A stretch of DNA of 59,698 bases from Anaerolineales bacterium. Lineage in GTDB: Bacteria; Chloroflexota; Anaerolineae; Anaerolineales; Villigracilaceae. The position numbers and the translations under genes were made by a program. The stretch lies in NCBI GenBank assembly GCA_038250295.1, contig JBBSCM010000001.1:1-59698 (forward strand). The letters are read 5' to 3'. Positions 9,590 to 18,768 of this stretch are shown here, piece by piece (position 1 is the first letter of the stretch; each line of letters begins with the position of its first letter). Below the pieces are notes generated by a model. It was not told where the DNA came from. It ran no database searches and worked only from the letters and a program-made list of their open reading frames with translations.

Positions 9590-10300
9590 CTATCCCTCGA
9601 ACCTGTATCCCCCGCCTCGCACGGTAACGATACGTGTGGGGTTGGAAGAATCCGCCTCGATCTTTTGGCGCAGCCAGCGCACATGCACATCCACGGTGCG
9701 GCTATCTCCGATAAAGTCCCAGCCCCAAACGCGCTCAAGAATGAATTCGCGCGAAAGCATCTGGCGGCGGTGTTCGGCAAGGAAAAGCAGCAGTTCGTAT
9801 TCTTTCGGTTTGATCTGCACCGGTTTGTCGTTGAGCAGAACTTCGCGGCGCGTAAGATCAATGGTGAGATTCTCAAAGGTTAATTTTTCATGCGGGGTGG
9901 CTGCATCCTTGCTCTTGCCCATTTCCTCGCGCAGCAAACGCGCGCGCCTGAGTTGCGACTTCACGCGCGCCATCAACTCGCGCATGGAAAAGGGTTTGGT
10001 CAGGTAATCATCCGCGCCGACTTCGAGACCCACCACACGGTCAATTTCATCATCACGCGCTGTAAGCATAAGAATGGCTGCAGACATTTCCTTGCGGAGA
10101 ATACGCGCCACTTCAAAGCCGTCCATTTCAGGGAGCATGATATCCAACACGATCAGGTCGGGCCGCAGCCTGCGTGCAAATTCAAGCGCGGAACGTCCAT
10201 CCCCAACGGCTTCAACCGTATAACCTTCTTTTTTCAGGTTATAGGCAAGCGTTTCCTGTAAAGAAATTTCATCTTCGACGATCAGAATTGTTTCAGCCAT
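9590..10300 (-). CDS. phoB: OmpR/PhoB-family response regulator
   Basis: Receiver domain ([16 protein letters not shown]) plus winged helix ([23 protein letters not shown]). Confidence 0.85.
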   Translation of the reverse strand: MAETILIVEDEISLQETLAYNLKKEGYTVEAVGDGRSALEFARRLRPDLIVLDIMLPEMDGFEVARILRKEMSAAILMLTARDDEIDRVVGLEVGADDYLTKPFSMRELMARVKSQLRRARLLREEMGKSKDAATPHEKLTFENLTIDLTRREVLLNDKPVQIKPKEYELLLFLAEHRRQMLSREFILERVWGWDFIGDSRTVDVHVRWLRQKIEADSSNPTRIVTVRGGGYRFEG

Positions 10301-10307
10301 TGACGGG

Positions 10308-10350
10308 AATATACCATAAAGGCAAAATTGTCTGTTAATGGCATGTTAAG
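10308..10350 (-). promoter_or_regulatory. Extended -10 (TGGTATATT) with two PHO-like hexamers; probable autoregulated, leaderless phoB promoter
   Basis: TATATT 7 nt before the ATG; gttaat/gttaag at 10334 and 10345. Confidence 0.55.
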
Positions 10351-10434
10351 GGTTGGACGTATCGTCATTCCATTGTAATGCTTTGAATATTATGGTTGAG
10401 TAAAATTATCCTGTTTATGGTTGTCTAACCCAAC

Positions 10435-12234
10435 ATGGCAAAAGAATTTCACTACACATGGACCTGGGATCTTGAATCCTCTCCTGAGGCGCTCTGGCCG
10501 CTGGTATCGGATACGAATCGCTTCAATCACGATAGCGGTTTGCCTCCCATAGAGTTGCTGGGTATCTCAAATGGCGTCAAGTTGGTTAGGTTTAAAATTC
10601 CTTTCTATCGTGTGGAATGGGAGGAAGAACCTTTCGAGTGGACATATCCTTATCGTTTTGGCATCCTGCGCCGATACAGAAAAGGTCCGTTTGCTGAAAT
10701 GCGTGTAGATTGCCGCCTTGAGCGGCTTGAATCTTCGGGCACACGGATCACCTATGAAACCTCGGTGAAATCCGCAAATATTTTAGGAGAGATGGCCATT
10801 CCACTTGGGATTGGCATCTACAGCCCGAAACGATTTGGCGAAATCTTCGATCTTTATGACCGCATCGCTTTGCGCGGCGGCTCGGTGTTGACCGTTGCCA
10901 GGGGGAGGAATCTTTCCTCGGCAGGCCACAACAAGTTCAAGGTGCTGAATGAGCGCTTAAAGGATCAAGGTGTGGATACTGTCATCCTTGATAGTCTTTA
11001 TGATTTTCTGCATCGTGCTGATGATTTTTCCATCCAACGCATGAGGCCGTACGCATTGGCAGACGGATGGGGCCTGCCTCGCCGTTCTGTGCTGGAAGCA
11101 TTTTTGCGCGCCACGCGAGCCGGCATGTTGGATCTCTATTGGGATTTGCTTTGCCCGGAATGCCGCGGTGTTGCCGAGGATCATGAACGTCTGGGGGATG
11201 TCACCTCCTCGGCGCATTGCAAGACTTGTCAGATCGATTTCAATACGAATTTTGACCACAATGTTGAGGTGATCTTCCGGCCCAACCCATCCGTGCGGGC
11301 AGTGGAGACCAATGTGGAGTTTTGTGTGGGCAGTCCGCAACGACAGCCGCATATCACTTTCTCGCTGATCGTTCCGCCGCGCGAGCAATTGCCGCTCACC
11401 ACGATGCTCAATGAAGGCAGATATACTTTGCGCGCTTCGGAAGCGCCAGGTTCACAGATATTACTTGCCACATCGAACGGTCCGCAGAAAATTGACTTTC
11501 GTGCCGGAACCAGAGGCTGGCCATTAGGTGTGACGGAAGTGGGACTGATGCCAACCATTCGCCTGATCAATGAATCGGATCAAGCCCAGACTTTTGAACT
11601 GGAGCGTACAGCCTGGTCAGATCAGGCGGCGACAGCGGCAGACGTGACAACTCTGCAGGTATTCCGCGATCTGTTCTCAAGCGAAGTGCTGCGACCCGGC
11701 GAAGAAATATCCGTGGGATCAACCACCTTGATGTTCACGGACTTGCGTAATTCCACAAGACTTTATCGCGACATTGGCGATGCGCCTGCTTTCGGACGTG
11801 TAAGGGAGCATTTTGAGCTATTGGAAAATGCCGTAGCTGCGGAAGGCGGCTCCCTGGTGAAAACAATGGGTGATGCCGTCATGGCTGCGTTTCGCCATCC
11901 TGTCGATGCCTTGCGCGCGATCTGGGTTGTGCAGAAACAAATTGCAGCCAGAGGCGAGCCGCCTTTATCTCTGAAGGTCGGTATTCATCACGGCCCATGT
12001 ATTGTCGTCAACTTGAATGACCGTCTTGATTATTTTGGTTCCACTGTTAATATCACCGCGCGTTTGCCAAACTTTTCCATGGGCGGCGAAGTGATCCTCT
12101 CCGAGCCGATCCGTAACGATCCGGAAGTGATCGAATTTCTTGAGAAGAACGCCTCACCCAATTCGTTGACTCGGTTTCAGGGTGAAATTCGAGGGTTTGA
12201 CCAGTTCATGGATTTGTGGCGGATCAAGATCTAA
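10435..12234 (+). CDS. Class III adenylate cyclase with N-terminal SRPBCC-like and central Cys-rich (DUF5939-like) domains
   Basis: FTDL, VKTMGDAVMA and DYFGSTVNITARL catalytic motifs; CPEC/CKTC pair; SPEALWPLVSDTNR start. Confidence 0.85.
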   Translation: MAKEFHYTWTWDLESSPEALWPLVSDTNRFNHDSGLPPIELLGISNGVKLVRFKIPFYRVEWEEEPFEWTYPYRFGILRRYRKGPFAEMRVDCRLERLESSGTRITYETSVKSANILGEMAIPLGIGIYSPKRFGEIFDLYDRIALRGGSVLTVARGRNLSSAGHNKFKVLNERLKDQGVDTVILDSLYDFLHRADDFSIQRMRPYALADGWGLPRRSVLEAFLRATRAGMLDLYWDLLCPECRGVAEDHERLGDVTSSAHCKTCQIDFNTNFDHNVEVIFRPNPSVRAVETNVEFCVGSPQRQPHITFSLIVPPREQLPLTTMLNEGRYTLRASEAPGSQILLATSNGPQKIDFRAGTRGWPLGVTEVGLMPTIRLINESDQAQTFELERTAWSDQAATAADVTTLQVFRDLFSSEVLRPGEEISVGSTTLMFTDLRNSTRLYRDIGDAPAFGRVREHFELLENAVAAEGGSLVKTMGDAVMAAFRHPVDALRAIWVVQKQIAARGEPPLSLKVGIHHGPCIVVNLNDRLDYFGSTVNITARLPNFSMGGEVILSEPIRNDPEVIEFLEKNASPNSLTRFQGEIRGFDQFMDLWRIKI

Positions 12235-12237
12235 ACG

Positions 12238-12277
12238 AACGGAGCGGCCTTTTACAAAAGGCCGCTCCGTTTTTTTT
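12238..12277 (+). terminator. Rho-independent terminator
   Basis: aacggagcggccttt / aaaggccgctccgtt stem plus T-run. Confidence 0.9.
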
Positions 12278-12284
12278 CTCTCAT

Positions 12285-12573
12285 TCACCTTACGCAATTC
12301 GGTTTCATCCTACAAAAGTACCGCGACATTTATGTCGCTCTTGAGTGAAAGGCGACATAAATGTCGCTCTTGAGTGAAAGGTGTATTGGTCAGCAATAGG
12401 CTGAACACTTTTGCCCCTGTTTGCCCACTCAATTTGAGCGAGTTTTGTGGGTCGCCGTAGGCAGGCAGGTGTTCATCCTTTATCTGACTAATACGCTCTT
12501 GAGTGAAAGGCGACATAAATGTCGCGGTACAGTAGCGGTACAGTATATGAGCAGGCAAAACTGCGTAAGGTGA
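12285..12573. repeat. ~290-bp nested palindromic element (REPIN/MITE-like)
   Basis: Outer IR tcaccttacgca/tgcgtaaggtga; inner IR gtaccgcgacatttatgtcgc (12318) / gcgacataaatgtcgcggtac (ends 12530); three copies of cgctcttgagtgaaagg. Confidence 0.8.
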
Positions 12574-12596
12574 GTTCTCATTCACCTCATGCGGAA

Positions 12597-12649
12597 CGTC
12601 CCGAAGGTTTTCTTGAAGACCTCGTTCAATCAATCAAACCTTCGGGACG
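12597..12649. repeat. CGTCCCGAAGG-family inverted repeat
   Basis: cgtcccgaaggttt ... aaaccttcgggacg; same core as 24949-25036 and 36382-36491. Confidence 0.8.
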
Positions 12650-12676
12650 ATGTTGACATCAGTTAATCAATCATGG

Positions 12677-13642
12677 TTAAGGCTTTTTTGATTTGCGTGT
12701 GAAGAATTTCAACAAAGCCCAGACGATCAGTACAGGCGGAGCGAAAATTGGAACAAGCACCACAAGTACCCAGATGAGAAAATCTATAATGCCTTGATAC
12801 GCAAAAGTCACCGTCTTTTTGGCATTCTTGAAGGTGTCATCGGGATTCCAGACGTTGGGTGTAGGCGAGGGCGTGGGGGTGGGTGTAAGTTCTTCAGGTA
12901 AAACAGGTTCAAAGTTAATTGTGATCGTGGAGAAGGCGGAACGATCCTGCAGATAGTTCATCTGCCCCTTGATCTGTTCGATCTGAGCTTCCACGTTGGC
13001 AAGTTCCGCATTAATTCGCAGGGCTTCATCAACCGTTTTTGCTTCGTCAAGGAACGATTTGATACGGTCACGCGTGGCTTCGAGGTTGGTGACTTGTGAT
13101 TGCAGGTCGACAAATTGATTGGATACATCTTCGCCAGTGGCAGTTTCGTCGAGTACCTTTACGGCCAGTCCGCGCAGGCGGCTGAGGCTGCGTTCAAATT
13201 GGTCAACGGGTATGCCAACCGTGATGGTGGCATATTTGTAATTCTCACCGTCAGACCAGGGTTGATACCATACGCGGGAACTGATGATATAGCCTCCCAT
13301 GTCTCCAATGACTTGCGTGGCGCGGTCAATGGCGACATCGGTGTCTTCTACCTGAAGTTTGATATCCGCATTTTTGATGATCATGTGAGATGCGGCAAAG
13401 GCGGCGTTGTCAGGTTCGGAGCCTATGTTATAAAGCGGGCCGACGGCCAGGTCAGAAGACGGCGCGGATTCTTCTTTTGCAAAAGCATCCGCTCCCCCGG
13501 CGCTTTGTGCGAGGGGTGCTTCCATCATGGCGGGTTCTTCGATCGCGTAAACTTGTGTGGCGGCTGGGGCGCCTCCGCAGGCGCTGAGAACCATCATTCC
13601 CAAAAGTACAAATACAACGAGTGCAGTGAAACGTGTTTTCAT
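12677..13642 (-). CDS. DUF4349-like lipoprotein with a C-terminal TM helix
   Basis: Lipobox LSAC, GEDVSNQFVDL coiled-coil region, Pro/Thr linker, C-terminal TM. Confidence 0.8.
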   Translation of the reverse strand: MKTRFTALVVFVLLGMMVLSACGGAPAATQVYAIEEPAMMEAPLAQSAGGADAFAKEESAPSSDLAVGPLYNIGSEPDNAAFAASHMIIKNADIKLQVEDTDVAIDRATQVIGDMGGYIISSRVWYQPWSDGENYKYATITVGIPVDQFERSLSRLRGLAVKVLDETATGEDVSNQFVDLQSQVTNLEATRDRIKSFLDEAKTVDEALRINAELANVEAQIEQIKGQMNYLQDRSAFSTITINFEPVLPEELTPTPTPSPTPNVWNPDDTFKNAKKTVTFAYQGIIDFLIWVLVVLVPIFAPPVLIVWALLKFFTRKSKKP

Positions 13643-13743
13643 AATCTTCTCCTTTAGAATTTTATTCGGCGTTACAAGGTTGACGAAGGCGGGAGAGGAA
13701 AGGTTCCTTTTTGATTGCAGGGATCAAATAACCCCGCTCGTTT

Positions 13744-14187
13744 CTATTTCTTTTCGTCGAAAATCGTCACCGGCTGAATAGGCCAGCCTTCTTTTGAATA
13801 TTGGACGACCATTATTGCCAGTTCACGCGGCACAACGTTTTTGTCCTTAACATCTTCCAGCGGCATCCAAAGTGGGAGATATGTGCCGTGCATAGGATCA
13901 AATTCACCGTATTCCTCACCTGTGCCTGTGCCAAATTCTCCGCTGAGTTTTTCAGCTAAAAAATAGCATTGGGTATTCCCATCAAAAAGCACATCCGCCA
14001 CTTTTTGTTTGATCTTTACCTGAATTCCCAGTTCTTCCTCAGCCTCGCGGATGGCGGCTTGCTCCGGAGTTTCGCCTTCGTCAACACCGCCGCCGGGGAA
14101 GGCAAAGTAATGCAGTCCCGCGCGATGACGTTCGATGAGTGCGAGTTTGCTATCTTCGATCAGGATGATGCCGGAGCGAATTCTCAT
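13744..14187 (-). CDS. NUDIX hydrolase
   Basis: Nudix box GGGVDEGETPEQAAIREAEEELG; ATG at 14187 with AAGGA RBS. Confidence 0.9.
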   Translation of the reverse strand: MRIRSGIILIEDSKLALIERHRAGLHYFAFPGGGVDEGETPEQAAIREAEEELGIQVKIKQKVADVLFDGNTQCYFLAEKLSGEFGTGTGEEYGEFDPMHGTYLPLWMPLEDVKDKNVVPRELAIMVVQYSKEGWPIQPVTIFDEKK

Positions 14188-14220
14188 TAGTGTTATTTCC
14201 TTACGCAATTTATTTGTTTG

Positions 14221-14337
14221 CCACAGAGGTCACACACCTGCCCTCCCACTCGCTCCGCTTCGGGGACTATAGTGGCGGGGCGGTGCCAGGGGGGAAATTC
14301 CTGAGAAAAAACTTGTAAATCTCTGCGGACTCTGTGG
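14221..14337. repeat. CACAGAG/CTCTGTG palindromic repeat with nested insert (14234-14291)
   Basis: ccacagag...ctctgtgg ends; insert nearly identical to the reverse complement of 18132-18188. Confidence 0.75.
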
Positions 14338-14359
14338 ATAAACGCGTAAGGTCGCTTAG

Positions 14360-14881
14360 TTAATCCATCACGCTGGGAGATGTTGTTTCTGCTCTTGCGA
14401 GCGTGGCGTTTATTTTTCTTAATCCGCTCCAGCCTTTCCAAAGCAGGTAGAGCACATACAGGTGGATGAGGACCTCGATCCATTCTCCAAGCCACATCAT
14501 GATCAAAGCATCCACGGTATAAGCGATCATGCCGACCACATAAGCCCAGGCATGTCCCTTGCCAGAAAGGTAGCCGAAGCCTGCGAATATGCCCGCGATC
14601 ACGGCGTTGATCGCAAACGCGATGGCATTGATAATAAAACTCGTTATCGTGCCGCCGTTGACTGATTCTGCAATATACAATGCAATACCGCTTATTAGCG
14701 TGGTGATGGCGAGACTTCCAAAAAAGCCGATATTGAGAATGATAAGCAGCGAGTTGAGAAGGGAGATGCCAGCAATGTAGTAAAAGACGCCGGGGCCGTC
14801 TGATGTATGGCGGCTTTTCTGCGGCGGCGGGTTGATCGGCTGGCTTTGCGGGAAGGGGGACGGCTGTTGAGGGCTTTCCAT
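14360..14881 (-). CDS. Hypothetical integral membrane protein
   Basis: AAGGAG RBS; Pro-rich N-terminus and about 5 TM segments. Confidence 0.75.
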   Translation of the reverse strand: MESPQQPSPFPQSQPINPPPQKSRHTSDGPGVFYYIAGISLLNSLLIILNIGFFGSLAITTLISGIALYIAESVNGGTITSFIINAIAFAINAVIAGIFAGFGYLSGKGHAWAYVVGMIAYTVDALIMMWLGEWIEVLIHLYVLYLLWKGWSGLRKINATLARAETTSPSVMD

Positions 14882-14984
14882 GATATTTTCTCCTTATTAA
14901 TGGGACAAGAATTTATTTATCACATCAGTCATATTGTACCGATTAATTTATGGAAAAACTGCCAGAACCGTCATTTTTTTGCGC

Positions 14985-15935
14985 TTAGACAAATATGTTT
15001 TTAACGTTATGGTTATCGTTGCTCAACATTGCTCTTGTTTTACTTACATCCTCGTGTATTTTCTCGATTAACGCTTCCACGGAATCAAACTTCAACTCGT
15101 CGCGGATTCTTGAAACAAATTCGAGCTTCAAGTCTTGCCCATAGATATCGCGGTCAAAATCGAGCAGGTAGGCTTCGAGGCTGGGAACTTGTCTTTCGGG
15201 CGTGAAAGTGGGGTTGAGACCAATGTTGGTGGCGGCCATGAATTTCTCTTCGCCAAGGTGAGCCCAGCAGGCATAGATGCCGTTGAGCGGTGTAACTTTT
15301 TGTTGAGGATGATTTACGTTGGCGGTGGGGAAGCCGATCTTGCGTCCGCGTTCAGCGCCGTGGATGACCTCTCCGCTCATGGTGTAGTTGTATCCCAATA
15401 ATTTTGCGGCTTCGCTTACATTTCCGGTGGCAACGAGTTTGCGAATTTCTGTGGATGAAATCACGCCGCTTTCGTCACTGAGCGCGTTGACCACTTCAAC
15501 AGTGTAATTTAATTCCCCGCCAATTTCGGTCAGGCGCGCGGCGTTGCCTTCCCGTCCTTTGCCGAGGGCGAAGTCATAGCCAATGAGCAGGCGTTTGAGG
15601 TCAAGAGTCTGCTTGAGGCGCGACATATACTCCAAAGCAGTGGCAGTTGACAGGTCACGTGTGAAGCGTTGGGTGATGACGATGTCCACGTCCAGAGTCG
15701 CAAGTATTCCCGCTCGTTCATCTGGTGTGGTCAGACATTTAATATCCCGCCCGGTAAGCACGCTGGCTGGGTGAGGATCGAAGGTTAATAAAACCGCAGG
15801 GGCATTGTCTGCATGTGCGTCTGCTGTAAGCTTGCGAATGATCTCGCGATGCCCGCGATGAACGCCGTCAAAGACGCCAATGGTGAGCCACGCATTTTTC
15901 GTGGAAATTTCTTTAAGGGAATGATAATGCTGCAT
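14985..15935 (-). CDS. ribF: Bifunctional riboflavin kinase/FAD synthetase
   Basis: IGVFDGVHRGH, ISSTEIR, GFPTAN and LEAYLLDF motifs. Confidence 0.95.
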   Translation of the reverse strand: MQHYHSLKEISTKNAWLTIGVFDGVHRGHREIIRKLTADAHADNAPAVLLTFDPHPASVLTGRDIKCLTTPDERAGILATLDVDIVITQRFTRDLSTATALEYMSRLKQTLDLKRLLIGYDFALGKGREGNAARLTEIGGELNYTVEVVNALSDESGVISSTEIRKLVATGNVSEAAKLLGYNYTMSGEVIHGAERGRKIGFPTANVNHPQQKVTPLNGIYACWAHLGEEKFMAATNIGLNPTFTPERQVPSLEAYLLDFDRDIYGQDLKLEFVSRIRDELKFDSVEALIEKIHEDVSKTRAMLSNDNHNVKNIFV

Positions 15936-15940
15936 AGTAT

Positions 15941-15966
15941 AAAAAAAGCCGCCATGACGGCGGCTT
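15941..15966 (-). terminator. Terminator-like hairpin just upstream of the ribF start
   Basis: aagccgcc/ggcggctt stem with T7 on the minus strand. Confidence 0.6.
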
Positions 15967-15968
15967 AT

Positions 15969-16090
15969 CGTCATTGCGAGGAGGGCGCTCTCCCCACCGA
16001 AGCAATCTCCATCTATGATGGAGATTGCTCACCTGCACTGGCGTGCGGCGCAAGTGTCGGGCAAAGTGCAAGTGCGCCCTCGCAATGACG
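15969..16090. repeat. GTCATTGCGAG-family palindromic repeat, copy 1
   Basis: cgtcattgcgag...gaagcaatctc...gagattgct...ctcgcaatgacg. Confidence 0.9.
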
Positions 16091-16101
16091 GGATGGATTA
16101 A

Positions 16102-17025
16102 TTAATCTGAAGTGAAGAAGACTTTCTTTGGCTGCCATTCACGGGAGCCGTCTTCATTTATGGTGATTTCCATGAGGGCGACCAATTCGCCCTGTGTGCT
16201 TACACCGCGAACTTTTGTCTCTGTGGGTTCACCGACAACCTTTACGCGGTGTCCGTGACGAACACCTTCCACTTCATCCGGGTTGAGTTCCACTGCGGGC
16301 CAATCGCCAAGCGCTTCTGCGGCGGGAATCAGGTATTGATACCAATTGCCTGCTGTGAAGGCTTCCTGCAATTTTCGCAGAGGCACCGAATCGCGCAATG
16401 AGAAACGTCCACTTTTTGTGCGGCGCAAGCCGACCAGGTATGCGCCACAGCCGAGCATTACGCCGAGATCATTTGCGAGCGAGCGGACATAGGTGCCAGA
16501 CGAGCAATGCACGTCAATGACCACTTCGGGCGGAGTCCATTCAAGGACTTCAAGGTGATGCACAGTGATCTTGCGCGGAGCAAGGTCCACTGGTTCACCC
16601 TCGCGCGCCATTTCGTAGGCTTTACGTCCCTGCACTTTTACCGCCGAGTAGGGCGGGGGAGTCTGTTCGATCTCGCCGATGAATGTTTTAAGCGCCGCTT
16701 CAAATTCAGCTTCGGTTACATTCACCGGGTCTTTTGTGGGGGTTACCATGCCTTCCGCATCGAAAGTATCCGTGGAGCCGCCCAAACGGATAATAGCCTG
16801 ATACCGTTTATCAGAAGCAGAGACGTATTCACTTAGACGTACGGCGGGGCCAACCAGGATGACGAGTACCCCAGAAGCGCGCGGGTCGAGAGTGCCAGTG
16901 TGACCGGCTCGGCGCAAGCCAGTCCCATTTCGGATGGCCTGTACGACATCGTGGGATGTCATACCTACAGGCTTATCCACGACGAGAGCACCAGATATGG
17001 CGTTCTTTATATCCTGACTATTCAT
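16102..17025 (-). CDS. truB: tRNA pseudouridine(55) synthase
   Basis: GHTGTLDP, PPPYSAVK and CSSGTYVRSL motifs. Confidence 0.97.
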   Translation of the reverse strand: MNSQDIKNAISGALVVDKPVGMTSHDVVQAIRNGTGLRRAGHTGTLDPRASGVLVILVGPAVRLSEYVSASDKRYQAIIRLGGSTDTFDAEGMVTPTKDPVNVTEAEFEAALKTFIGEIEQTPPPYSAVKVQGRKAYEMAREGEPVDLAPRKITVHHLEVLEWTPPEVVIDVHCSSGTYVRSLANDLGVMLGCGAYLVGLRRTKSGRFSLRDSVPLRKLQEAFTAGNWYQYLIPAAEALGDWPAVELNPDEVEGVRHGHRVKVVGEPTETKVRGVSTQGELVALMEITINEDGSREWQPKKVFFTSD

Positions 17026-17119
17026 AATTCATTCCTCCTTAAATTTTTTCCACATTTTAATTATGACATACTTGGCTGAATTTGCAATAGGACTCTGGTT
17101 TTTATTAACTAACTATTAT

Positions 17120-18079
17120 TTACTTTAGATTTAACATTTCGCGTGTTTTTGCGAGAACTTCTTTTTGGACTTCGCTCAGACCGCCCTCGATATCTGCTCC
17201 TGCGGCTGCGGCATGACCTCCGCCTTTGAAGTGTTTTGCTACCTGTGACACATCCACTCCACTCTCAAGTGCGCGCCACGAGATCTTAACATGATTGTCG
17301 CGTTGTTCGACGAAAATCATACCTACCTTATTACCATCAATTGCGGAGATCATGTTGATCAGATCGGCATCGTCGTTGCCGCCATAGCCTGCTGCTTTGC
17401 GATCTGCGACGGTTAAAGTGCCCCACACAATCCCATTCTTACTTTGCAAGCTGGAGAGCCCTGCGCCCCAATAGCGCGCGGCAGGGAAGGTTTTCTTTAC
17501 CAATGCGCGCATGTAAATATCGGGCATATCCACGCCGGTTTCCATCAGCGTTGCAGATTGACGAAGTGCATTTGGCGTTATATTCGATGTGCGGAAGCCG
17601 AGCGTATCCGTGATGATGCCCGTTAATAACGCGGCTGCGATTGGTTTCGTGATCTTTAATCCCCAGGCGGGCAGGTGAGTGGTGAGGATGGCGGCAGTGG
17701 CAACCTCCTCGGCCTCAATCAGATTTAGTTTTCCAAATTTTTCGTTGGTCTTATGATGATCAATATTGATATCGGGCTGGCCAAAATTCTCAAATGCTTT
17801 TCCCACACGTTTGAAATCGGCGCAATCCACGGTGATAAAGGTATCGTGATCTCCGTTGGGTTCCTTTTTGATGAGTTCGCTTCCGTCAAGATGTTTGAAC
17901 GAAGAAGGCACACCGTCCACGAGGATCATTTGCACGGATTTACCTGCATCGCGCAGGGCCAGACCAAGCCCGAGTAGTGATCCGATCGCGTCTCCATCCG
18001 GGCGGACGTGCGAAACGATCACGATTTTATTTGCTGTATCCAATCTGTTCTTTATTTCCCCTATGAGTTGGTTATCCAC
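17120..18079 (-). CDS. nrnA: DHH-family oligoribonuclease/pAp phosphatase
   Basis: HVRPDGDAIGS, IDHH and GGGHAAAAG motifs; position between rbfA and truB. Confidence 0.9.
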   Translation of the reverse strand: MDNQLIGEIKNRLDTANKIVIVSHVRPDGDAIGSLLGLGLALRDAGKSVQMILVDGVPSSFKHLDGSELIKKEPNGDHDTFITVDCADFKRVGKAFENFGQPDINIDHHKTNEKFGKLNLIEAEEVATAAILTTHLPAWGLKITKPIAAALLTGIITDTLGFRTSNITPNALRQSATLMETGVDMPDIYMRALVKKTFPAARYWGAGLSSLQSKNGIVWGTLTVADRKAAGYGGNDDADLINMISAIDGNKVGMIFVEQRDNHVKISWRALESGVDVSQVAKHFKGGGHAAAAGADIEGGLSEVQKEVLAKTREMLNLK

Positions 18080-18105
18080 TTATGGTTATCCTCCGAAATT
18101 ATATA

Positions 18106-18294
18106 TCATTGCGAGAAGCGCTCTTGTTCTTCCCTGGCACCGCCCGCCACTATAATCCCCGAAGCGGAGCGAGTGGGAGGGCAGGTGTGCGACGAAGCAA
18201 TCCTCAATTTATAAGGAGATTGCTTCAGGCGGGTGGTTTCGATACGGGCGAAAAGAGCATTCGCCCTACTCAACCACCAGCCCTCGCAATGACG
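18106..18294. repeat. GTCATTGCGAG-family repeat, copy 2, with two nested inserts
   Basis: Same termini; inserts at 18132-18188 and ~18227-18281 (ggtttcgatacg...ctactcaaccacc). Confidence 0.9.
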
Positions 18295-18298
18295 TAGT

Positions 18299-18649
18299 TT
18301 ATTTCTTTTCTCTTAACCCTGCCAGAACTTTTTCGATGTGGTCTGCATTTTCGGGCGTGGGGTCCCAGTGGAAGCGCAATCTGGGAAAGGCGCGTACTTC
18401 CACTCTTGAAGAGAGTGTCCGCCTGAGGAAACCGGAAGCAGATTCAAGTCCCGCGAGAATCTCGGGCGCACGCCCGGCGCCCTCAATGGCTGAAAAGTAG
18501 ACATCCGCAAAGGCGAGTTCCTTGTCTATCTTTACGTCGGTGATGAAGATGTCTTTTAGGCGCGGATCATTGATCTCGCGGATGAGCATCTCCGAAAGTT
18601 CCTGGCGGACGCGGTCCGCAATGCGTTGTAAACGAACACCTGAAGGCAT
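18299..18649 (-). CDS. rbfA: Ribosome-binding factor A
   Basis: DPRL, ASGFLR and PRLRFHWD motifs; follows infB. Confidence 0.95.
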   Translation of the reverse strand: MPSGVRLQRIADRVRQELSEMLIREINDPRLKDIFITDVKIDKELAFADVYFSAIEGAGRAPEILAGLESASGFLRRTLSSRVEVRAFPRLRFHWDPTPENADHIEKVLAGLREKK

Positions 18650-18666
18650 GGTATTAACTCACTTGC

Positions 18667-18765
18667 CGTCTTTGCGAGGAGGGCGTTCTTTCCGACGAAG
18701 CAATCTCCAATATGTTCAGGGAGATTGCTTCGTCGCCAAGTGCAAGGGCGCTCCTCGCAATGACG
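18667..18765. repeat. GTCATTGCGAG-family repeat, copy 3 (basic ~100-bp form)
   Basis: cgtctttgcgag...gacgaagcaatctc...gagattgcttcgtc...ctcgcaatgacg. Confidence 0.9.
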
Positions 18766-18768
18766 ACA

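Noticed and set aside
12318-12530. Possible mini CRISPR array (29-bp palindromic unit, 3 partial copies)
   Set aside because: The first two copies are directly tandem with no spacer, spacing is irregular, the whole is an inverted-repeat element, and no cas genes are present
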